Positions 23,132-34,100 of a DNA stretch of 37,841 bases are shown one piece after another. Origin of the DNA: Catajapyx aquilonaris (lineage: Eukaryota); the NCBI GenBank assembly GCA_000934665.2, contig JYFJ02003763.1, forward strand, positions 1-37,841, in the 5' to 3' direction. Within the stretch, counting starts at the first letter, position 1. Each line of letters begins with the position of its first letter. A program made the translations under genes and the position numbers. Under the pieces are notes generated by a model, which saw only the letters and a program-made list of their open reading frames with translations, ran no database searches and had not been told where the DNA came from.

Positions 23132-23463
23132 GCCAAGGTCTGCTCAGCGACTGATTCAATATCAGTTGAATGCCAGTACCATAGAAAAGACAGTGCGTAT
23201 GCTAGCTAATATTAGTGGCAATATCACCTGCTATTCTATACAATGCAAGAATAAAATGAATCACAATAGCTGCATTCCGATATTTTGCATTGACTCAGCT
23301 GCTGTGAGGATAAAGTGTCAAGTTGTTCACGATGCTGAACAATGATGTATGATTTGAGATATACATTTATGTCATGGAACAAAACTGGCATTATTATGCA
23401 ATGACGTCAGTAGTATACGACGTAGCTATAAGAGCGAATGAATTGTTTCGGAGCGTCTATTAA

Positions 23464-23937
23464 CCCTTAACTACGTAGGTGGGCGAAACACCTTTAACTA
23501 CGTAGGTGGAGCCTGAGAGGCTCCAACGGCATATTTAAATTTCTGCTTATCAACTAAATTGTTACATTGGACTTTTCACATACAGAAAGTGCAGTTCAGA
23601 TCATTAGGCTTCCGATAACGTAAAAATCACACGCTGAGTCAGCATATTCCGACAGGAAAAAATTCTTAATTAAAAGGTTACATCATGCTTGAGCTGCTGA
23701 GTCTTCACCTGCATAGGTAGAGCCAGTATAGAGTCCAGGAGGGACCTGTTCCTCGTTACGATTTTTTTTAAACCAAACAGTAGGGACTAAAAAATTTTTT
23801 CTTTCCTTTTCATGCTTAGGAAGATTTTTCTGACAAAGTCACGGAAGGACAGGGGAAAATAAAATTCAATGAAAAAGTTACATGCTGCGTTTAAATAGTG
23901 CTTGGAGCCTCTCAGGCTCCACCTACGTAGTTAAGGG
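23464..23937. mobile_element. piggyBac-like MITE ~330 bp upstream of the gene C ATG
   Basis: TTAA|CCCTTAACTACGTAGGTGG...CCACCTACGTAGTTAAGGG|TTAA; extra subterminal repeat TTAACTACGTAGGTGGAGCCTGAGAGGCTCCAA at the left mirrored at the right end. Confidence 0.9.
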
Positions 23938-24319
23938 TTAATCTTAGGCATGAATGTGTCTCTCCATCTTCTTCTTGTCGTTACGACTACTACTATTTCC
24001 ATCCTGCCCGTGGGCCCGGGCGCTTCAATAAATAGGCACCAACTGTACAATAATAAAATAAAGGTCCGTGTGATATACCCCCATTTGGGGGTGAAAGCAC
24101 TATATATGGGTAAATATCTCTGAGAGTTAATTCAGAGTAATTGGTGCTATGAATAAGGCCTATTCACACTGCTTGTCGACAGTCTTGTTGAAGCAGAGGA
24201 CCAATCAGAGAGAGCCCTCGCAGTCCGGCGAAGAGGCAGCCGATAACGGTCGACGACAAAGTCAGAGACAAATCTCTGTTTTTGTGGAATATGTTTTTGG
24301 TGGAGTCCAGGTCGATTTA

Positions 24320-24500
24320 AGCTCCGTTTACATGACGAGCGCAGCGAAGTCATCGCCGAGTGACGTATAACCAATATTGTTTGACGTGAAAGTAACAATC
24401 GATTTTCGCCTCAAACAATACTGGTTACTCGGGTTACTCAGCGTTGTTATCACCGGCGATGACATCGCGCGGTTGAAGTCGCTCACATGTAAACGCACCT
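24320..24500. mobile_element. PIF/Harbinger-like foldback MITE
   Basis: TAAGCTCCGTTTACATG...CATGTAAACGCACCTTA ends; nested inverted pairs GCGAAGTCATCGCCG/CGGCGATGACATCGC and TAACCAATATTGTTTGA/TCAAACAATACTGGTTA. Confidence 0.65.
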
Positions 24501-24924
24501 TATTTAAACACTATTTGAATCGCAGTCTAGTACAATTTCTTGTAAGCTTACCTTGCCCATTCTCTGCTCAGCCTTTTTGGGGGTCAGCTTCAATTCAACT
24601 CTGTGACACTCTGTTTTTAGAACACCGGATCTGGCTGACAACCATGCAACCAATCCCTATTCTATAGCAAGTATAAGGCCTTTCCCTCTGTAATTACCCG
24701 GTCATATAGGTAGCTGATGAAGTGGACACGACATGATACTATACAATACAGTGCAGTGGTGCGATGAGATACAGTATTTCATCTGGTAGGCCTATTCTGT
24801 AGAGACTCCTAGACGTCCTGAGACGTCAAAAGACCATCTGTATGTTCAGCTTAATTTCGCAGACTTTATTCCTATTATTATTAATGCACAATATTCCTCC
24901 CATTTATAGGTCATGTATATATCA

Positions 24925-25031
24925 GTCCAACAAGAATTGTCGCAGCGGCAGCGCACGAACTACAATCTACGAGCACAGGGACACGAGAGACTGTAGTTCG
25001 TGCGCTGCCGCTGCGACAATTCTTGTTGGAC
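24925..25031. repeat. Perfect 40-bp inverted repeat (27-nt loop), probably MITE-derived
   Basis: GTCCAACAAGAATTGTCGCAGCGGCAGCGCACGAACTACA (24925-24964) and exact reverse complement (24992-25031). Confidence 0.92.
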
Positions 25032-25104
25032 ACCACTGGAGGGGTAATAAATATATATCTATCTATCATCTAATACACAATATTAGGCAACTAGGTAAGT
25101 TTGT

Positions 25105-25110
25105 TTTATT
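25105..25110 (-). promoter_or_regulatory. Candidate polyadenylation signal, gene B
   Basis: AATAAA on minus strand ~40 nt after the stop at 25149. Confidence 0.4.
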
Positions 25111-25148
25111 ATAATTATTGTACATTACAATTAGTTTCTGCAACATTT

Positions 25149-28100
25149 TTAGCCGATCATGAGTGGTAGTTGCATTCCTCTTCCACGTCCTCTTCCGCTG
25201 TCGCCTGAGTTTAGAAGGTTGTTATGTACAATACGTAGATAAAGTGGATAATACTTTAGAAGTAGGTATATGTCAACCTGTCAAATGTTATATTTGAATG
25301 GCTCAATGGAACAAAAGCCCAAGTCCAGTCACAGAAATTTGCATGTCTTGACTGACTTCATAGAGAATGTCACTAATGCATTTGACAATTTTTCATATGA
25401 GAAATGCTTTCTGACAACTTACCTCTGCTTCCATGGAATAGTGGTGCAAGGAGTCCCTCATCACTTTCATCACTTTCTTCACTACTTGGATATTTATTAA
25501 ATCGGACTGCAAAGGGAAAGAAGCTATTTATGAAGAATACCATAGTATAACGACCAGGCTTACATGAGTGCTGCTTTGCAATTTCCTTCCATTTTTTGAC
25601 TTTAGATGATCTGTCATAAATTATAACGACTCCATTTAAATATACTGCTTCCAACCCAGCGGACGTTTTGAAAAGGAATACATCACTCCATTTCCATCTC
25701 CTGCCTGAAAATTAGCATTACATGCATAAAATATGCATCGACACCACTTACAATTGTAATTGATATATTACCATCACATGTCCATAGAGGGCAACATGCG
25801 TTGGACACACTGGCCTCTTTATGGCAGCCATGTTTACTTCTTTTGCGCTTTGGACTTTTCTTGCATGGAAACAATTTACAAGGAGGTACACCAGTAGATA
25901 ATTTCTTCATACTCGCGGGAACTAAAAATATGAAATGTGTCATAATGATACCATGCTTCCTAGGAGCTATCAGAAACAGGTATGGAGTGAACACATGACA
26001 AATTGGTCATTATACAGTATAGGAGAAATAGCCATTAATGGTGCTAGACCAAAGATCAACAGTATACATTAACATCAGTTTACATTAATCTTTAGACAGT
26101 ACATGGGGTGTACGGGTCTTAACTGTCGATTAGTATCTCTCGTGCAAAGGTCACGGGATGGTCAGAAAAAATAACTTCATTTTCAGCTGGATCAGAGAGT
26201 ACTCACTGTTGCAGACAAAATTGGAACAGCAATGATCTGACCCAGTGTTAGAAGTGCACTGCAAAATTGCTGGTGGCATTGCACAAACATGATGAGGACA
26301 GCTGCCTTTTATGTAAGTAATGTCATATGCATCTTCTGATGCTTTTACCGCTCCTGGAAGTGATGAAAGAACTTAATATTGTACTGTGCATCAACAAGGA
26401 AGACTAGAATGAACATACCTGCGCTCCTACTAAGCATCCCTTGTGCATCATTCCATGTATAGATAGATGATACGGGATTGTATGTGTATGTATTTCCCCT
26501 GAAGAGTACCTTTCGAACTCCACCAGCCACATAAAATATGAAAGATTCATCTTCTTCCCACTTATTTCCTAGAAATATATACCTTTAGTGCTTGTTTAGT
26601 TGAGGAACAGGTACCGGTACCTTTTGCTCAGAACTTACCCATGCATGTATACCGAGGACAGCAAATATTCTCGACAACTACTTTCGTGCAACCCCAACTT
26701 GGAGGGGGTACCTTGCATTCGATTATAAGGCAAGGATCAATTCCAATCTCAACATCCGGTACTTGTGTCATTTCTGTTAAAAACATAATATGGTAATGGG
26801 TCATTCCATGTCAGATCACCAAGCTTGCAAGGAAAATTGACCCTTGCGTAGTCGGATCATTAAGTCGGCGCATCGCATCGGTTTAATTACATCTCACAAG
26901 AATACCATTTGCGCGGTAGACACAATGTATTCTGTCTTCTGTGACTGTCTTATGTATGTATAATAGACGAGACCTCGAATGTCCGTGAAACTGCCCGCCA
27001 TGTCAAGTTTTAGACTTCCAGTGATGTCATTCGTGTGACCTTGAGTCCCGCGTGGTTGACCTTAGCGACCCAGAAAACTTCTAAAACCACACCTCACTTG
27101 CCACATTTATGATAAAAATTCGCGAAACCCAAAATTATTCAGGGTTCTAACATTTTATTTTCGAAATCAGTTGGGTCGAATGAGTCTAAAAAGGCTTGGT
27201 TGAAGCTTGTTTCCAATTCTGCATCCAACATGAACGATGCGAGATTTGGCCGCACATGCGTTTCTTCAAATGCGATTTATTTCTTAACTTGACAATTTAC
27301 TCCATGGTTATATTTTTTTCGTCAAGGAAAGGGTCTAAGCTATAACATATTTTAAAATCAGATTTTTAAATTGGGAGGTAATTTTTTTAAAATTACATTT
27401 TCAAATTGGGAGGTAATTTCTCAAAAAAATGACATTTTCAAATTGTAACAAAATTTTCAAAAAAGTCAAGATACAAATTTTAATAATGCAGATGGATTGA
27501 GCTCTCGAATCCCTTCAAATGGAATGATCTACGACGTCTGTAGCTCAATTTGTTCAGGAGATATGAGCGATATATAACACCCTACCTTCCGAAAATGCCT
27601 TTTTTCAGTGAGCCTATATCTCCGGGGGGGGGGGGGNAGTGTAAATTCGAAAACCGCGCAAATGATATTCTTCTGAGACGTAATTAAACCAATGCGCCGT
27701 TTTTCTTCATGATCAGACAACCCAAGGGTCAGGGGGCTCGGTGAATTGACCCTAATATGCAAGTCAATCAGGCATACGTTCCTTGACTTGGAAACTAACC
27801 TGTACACTTCATTTTTCCACAGCATTGCTTAACTGATGCCCCTTTTCCTTCGGCATTGCATGACAGTATTGGAGGTGGTACTGCACACTGTCTGCTGTGA
27901 CACATCTCAGCTGTATTAGAGAATGAAACTTAGTTTCCTCAGAATCAACCCAATTTTTAGTGAAGACTCACAAGTGAAAACTGTATTGGCTAGTAATTTG
28001 ACTCTGATTGACGACGACTGATCATGTACAATGATACCACCATCGTAATAAGCAGCATCCAAGCCTCCTATTCTAAATTTAAACGTTACTTCCCAAGCTT

Positions 28101-31100
28101 GACCTGTCAGAAATGGAACCTTTTAGTTTGTATTCATATACATCCAATGCAACGACTTACCATGGCACATCCATTGGGAACAGCATGTTCCATGTAAAAT
28201 AGATTCAATGCATGTTTCCGGATTAGGAGGTTTGCTGCAACTGATTACTTCACAAGGTGGCATACCTACCTTGACTTGAACCATATTCGGGGGAGCTTAA
28301 AACAAACGGATATGTGTTATTATAAGAACACTAATGAACGGCAATGGTAGTTTACCAGTGCAAGACCAAATAGGGCAACAATCGCTCTCTGATATCTTGC
28401 TCTCACACTTGAGTTCTTCCGGAGGAGACGCACAGGCTGTGCTGCCACATCTTGATCCTGTATTGGGCCAAAACATTAGTGTGGTATCAAACTCAAAATT
28501 TTAAATGTGTTGAGAGAGTTTGACAAGTTTATGAAAATAACAACTTCATATGAAACTTAACAGCAATTCATTGTCACTTACGCAGTGCCATGTCAGATGC
28601 TGCTTTCCATGTCATTATGCTGGATCCCATATTAAATTTTAAGACCATGCCATTGTGGCGGACAGCGGGAACTCCATTAATGTAAAACATATTGGGGACT
28701 TCATTATCCCACGCACCAGCTAAAAGTATTAGCAGTAGTTAGAATGTTATTGCATATGTTAAAATGCTGGTTTCTCTTACCTACACATTTCCAGTTATCA
28801 CAACATGAATCTCCTGCGCTTTGTTTCGTGCATTGATATTCAGATGGAGGTTCCTTACAAGGAATTAGTTCGCAAACATGTTCATTTCCCACCTCGATAA
28901 TGGTCATCGTTGATGGAACTTTAAAAAAAACAATTTCTTTAGATTCATGTCATTTCTTCTTATAGGATTCCTCACCTTGGCAATTCCATCCTGTGCAGCA
29001 TGACGACTCTCCTTCCATTTTTGGACTGCATTGCAATCCCTCAGGTTTCCCATTGCATTTAACGTCATTGCAGCTCTTCATCCAATATAATGATCCTTGG
29101 TACACCAGTGCCTTTCTACCATCAATGATAACGACATCTTCATCTCCCGATTCCCATGGGACGCCTAAATCTGTTCATAAAGCATGATATTACTCGAAAC
29201 CTCTACCCAAACGTCACACCTACCTAAGCATATCCATTGGTCGCAACATGTGCCTTTCTTGGGTGCCTTTCTACAATTCATAGATGGCAAAGGAGTTTTG
29301 CATTGGACCACGGAGCAAGGGTCTCGTCCTTCTACTATTTTATCGGAAGATGGTGCTATATGTGAGAGAGAATAGTTAGTAATTAGTGCCAATCATAATC
29401 CGGATTACTAGGTAGAATCAGTTCTGCTTAATAAAATCATGCAAATTGGCTAGAGATTGGGTAGTTATGCTTTTGTTATGTCTTGTAGTAGACTACTATT
29501 GTAGGTTAATGTAATTTAATTCTTAGTTGCATGTAATGATGTGGAAAGTTGACGCCAGCAACAGCACTTCTGTCGATGGACAACTGTAATGTTTCAGCAG
29601 ATGCGTTATTGTTGGTCGCCCCCATCTTTGAGCAATGAAATATTTGCATTTTCATCCTTAAATGCAATCGTGTTATCACAGCTCTGAAAATATACTGTAG
29701 CGGTTGAGGCTAATTTTTTTCACATTTGCTTTTGGGCATAACTATGCAACCTCTATGGAAACCTAGCATTAGGTTAATACTGAGCCTTCTACTTGGTACC
29801 TCTGCATTTCCAAACATTGCAACACCCATCACGTTCTCCATCAGTACATTGTAACCACATGGGCTTATAAGGACAGTATATGCCATCACAAGAATCTGAC
29901 GGGAGCCAATAAAGCTGTCCTTGATACATCATGGCTCTCCTTCCTCCTACAGTAATCACATCTCCATCATCATGCGTCCAACTTCCTCCTGAAGAGATGG
30001 CAAATTATTGCATATGCTTAGCCTGAAATATATAAAAAAAAGAATCTGCCTACCTATGCATATATATTTACTGCAGCATGCTCCCCTTTTGGGAGACAAT
30101 GTGCAACTCAGTTCCTGTGGGGGAGTTTTGCATTGCACCAATTGACAAGGATTTGACATGTCTGATATTCTGAAGGACTGTGACCCTGAAGGAATAAAAA
30201 CATAAATTATTGTGAGAGGTATTTACAAACCTGAATTATTTAGAAGGGTAAGGCTTTTTTTTCTCATACCCTGACATTTCCATACACCGCAACATTGACC
30301 AGTTACTTTGGTTTCTTGGCATCCGAGTACTTGAGGCGGTTGTGGGCAGTTAACATTTTCACAATCTTCATCGGGAAGCCAATAAATAGAGCCCTTATGA
30401 ACCATGGCTCTCTTCCCTGATATGTGTATCAAAGAACCATCGTTCTGTTCCCAAGAACCACCTAAAAATCAAGGTAATTGCAAATTATTCTTTTCATTTC
30501 ACTTGTCAATAAAAATAGGCACTTACCCAGGCAGTTGTAATTGTAGCAACAAGATCCTTTTGTCGGTAATTTTGTACAAACCATATCTTGTGGTGGTTCC
30601 ATGCATTGAATCATAGAACAAGGGTTGGATACTAGTTTGATTTTAGCTTGCTGTGTTCCTGAAATATTATGATTCCTTTCAAAATCTTAGCTTCTGGACT
30701 TGCCAGTGGAGACACATACCTTGACATCGCCACCCATTACAACAGCTCTCGGAAATAGGAACAGGTTCGCATGCAAGGTCACTTGGTGAAAGAGGACACT
30801 TAACGTTCTTGCATTTCTCATCAGGAAGCCAATAGTATTGGTTGTTATATATCATAGCTGGTTTGTATCCGATGTAAATTTTGTCTCCGTCATCTTGATT
30901 CCAATTATTACCTCCTGGAATGGCAGAATTCCGAGTTATTTATTATTTATTAGTCTATGTGGATCAGAAAGGATTATTATGAATGGTAGAAAATTGATGA
31001 TCCAACATCACTTCAAAGTATTCTGTGGATGATTACAAATTGCTGTTGAAAATACCTAAATAATATACCATCATTAACATTTTGTGCAAATTGGAAGCAT

Positions 31101-34100
31101 TTACATTACATACCTCACATACCGGTACTCTCCTACCCTGTAAATAAGAATCCTACATACCTTCACATGTCCAGTGCATGCAGCAGGCTCTTTTCTCAGT
31201 TGTTTTAGTACATTTCAGGTACTCTGGAGGGTCTTTGCAGTAGATCATATTACAAGCATTATCTGTTTTTATTATTGGGACATACTGCGATTCTGTTGCA
31301 ACATAGGGTAATAAAGAAATAATTGAATAAGCAAACAGAAATGTAATAATATTTTCTATTCTTACCTTGGCAGTTCCAAGTTTTGCAACACTCATCTTTT
31401 AATTTGACTTCAGTGCACATGATATTCTGTGGCTTCACAGGACATGTAATTCCATCACATTTGGTATCTGGTAGCCAATATGGTGTGCCATTGATTATCA
31501 CAGTTTTTTTGCCAGATACGTATGTGCCGCCACTATCTTCACTTTGCCAATGTCCACCTGAAGGTTATATTAGTGTTTGAAAAATATGTCAATGTATGTT
31601 GCAACAGACACCTACCAATGCATGTCCAGCCACTGCAGCAAACTCCTTTCTGGGTTGTCTTTGTACAATTCATAGTCTTGGGTGGTTCTTTGCACTTCAT
31701 CAATGAGCAAGGATCTCTATGCTCAATGACCTGCATGTTGTGATGTGCTATGGGGAACAAATCCATTGTATAATTTGACTACAAAACTGTCAAGATCCAG
31801 TCTACCTTGACAACTCCAATCCCCACAGCATGATCCTGGCTGCAATATTTGAGTGCATTGGAAATTCTCAGGTGCTTTTTGGCATACAACATCCTCGCAT
31901 GGATCCATCCAAAACATTTGACCATTATGCCTCATAGCCTTCTTATCGCCAATGTATATGACCTCTCCATCATCTTGTTCCCAGTGATTTTCTGGAATAA
32001 AATTAATTTGTCATATATTGGTTTGATTCAAAACTATTTCTTTAAAAAATCCTTGCCTGATGTGCCTGATGTGCATGACCATCGTTTACAGCATGCCCCT
32101 TTGTCCTGGGAAACAGTGCAATCCATGCCTGCAGGTGGTTCTTTGCATCGGATTGTTGCACATGGATTAGACACCTGGATGATTTGTATTTTTGTTGAAG
32201 CTTCGCAGCTCCATGAACTGCAGCAAGAAGCCTCATCTTGTTTCACTTGGACGCATTGCATGTTAGCTGGAGCTGGTTTGCACACCACATCGGCGCAAGG
32301 ATTGTCTGGCGTATATGACAGTTCGAATCTCTGTTGCCCAGCAGGTATCATGTAATTATCTGGAATATCGGAAACATAAATTGTGTGTTTTTTTGCCTGA
32401 GATACAGCTACTGCTCAGCAGCAATGCCAAACTTGACTTCTGCCATCCAAAATGATTATGACTTCGTCCCAGATGAATTAATAAATTTGTCAACAAGTTC
32501 AACAAGTTTCCACTAAGTCCGGCGCCTGCTATAGACAGGTTTATCTATATTTAGAATCCTAACTGATTACCTGTGCATTTATATTCAGGACAGCACTTCC
32601 CAGGTACTCGGATTTCAATACATTTCTTGCTTGGATCTGGAGCTTTGCATACGGCTCTGATACATGGATCACGTTCTGTAACCAAAACACGTGTGTTATC
32701 TTTCTCTTCAATTTTGATCAAATAAAGACATTGTCGCCCTCAGACTCACCTTTGCATTTGTATATTGGGCAACACTTCCCTCTTTCTTCTGTGCACTCCA
32801 TTTCAGCATACCTAGCAGGTAATCGACACTGTACATACTTACATGGCTCCTCTATGTTCCATTCAATATGTAGCCGGAAACAGTCTGTGTACACTGGACA
32901 ACACTTATGCGGTATTCGTGTTTCTTTGCACTGGAGTCCTTCTGGTAACGGCATGCATTTCTCTAAACCACATGTCTCCAAACTCACAGCAATTTTGCTC
33001 TTCACTACAATGCCATAGAACAGTATGCCATGAGCTTCAATATTTGTATTTAATGCATGAGATGATTAGCTTACCGTGGCAGAACCACCTGGGGCAACAT
33101 TTTCCTTCTTGCGGTACTGGATAGCATTCATCTTGAGATGGAGGCATTTCGCATTTGACAAATTGGCACATCTCGACTTCCACAGCAACTGATCTGCTTT
33201 CTGTAGGTTACAATGCATTGTGACTTGTGAAAACACTTATTTCATTTTTAAACCTACCATGGCAAGTCCAACCCGTGCAACAGCCACCAGGGTTCGGTAC
33301 ACTTGTGCATCTTTTTTCAGCTGGTGGAGTTAAGCACTTTTGCAACTGACACTGGTTGTGATCCGTATAAGTAATAGTGATATCTGAAATAAGAAATGTA
33401 CAAGTGAACATAATTGGCTATTAATAGAAGATAATCAGAAATACTTGTCCAAGTAAAATATTATTCTTACCCTGACATTTGTATACGGGACAGCATGCAC
33501 CTGGAGGTAGGTATGACGTGCATTGATAACGTTCTAGAGGCTTCTGACACTCAACATGATCGCATGTTCTAATTGCAACGTCGACCATAATTTCCTCTGA
33601 AATAGTTACATACAAGGTTTTCATTGGTGTCACTAATAAAATACGCAAGCACTTGCTAACCTTTGCATGACCATTCAGGGCAGCATTGAGAAGGTTTATC
33701 TTGGTGTGTGCATATCAAATGAGGTGCAGGACTCGAACACTTCATGTAGTCACACATTTCCGTCGCCACAGCCACTAGCTTGAATTCTGAGGATATATAT
33801 TATTTACTGGGTACTCTAGGCAAGTAGGACAAATAAATTACCAAGAGTGTAATACTCCCTTACTTTGGCAGGTGTAGATGGGGCAGCACCTATTTGGTAC
33901 CGTTTGCGATGTACATGTTTCGGTAGCCGGTGGTGGAAGACATTGCACATCATCACATGGATTGTAGGTTCTTGTTATAAAAATCTTTTCTGCAAACAGT
34001 GGTTGATTCAAGGCTCTCTTTAAAAATTTGAACCTCATAAACTGATGATAATGCGAGCTCAAATTGATGATTTACCTTGGCAATTGTACTCAGGGCAGCA

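Noticed and set aside
31123..31137. Possible 15-nt micro-exon in gene B
   Set aside because: Upstream intron would be only 23 nt and the exon has an in-frame TAG.
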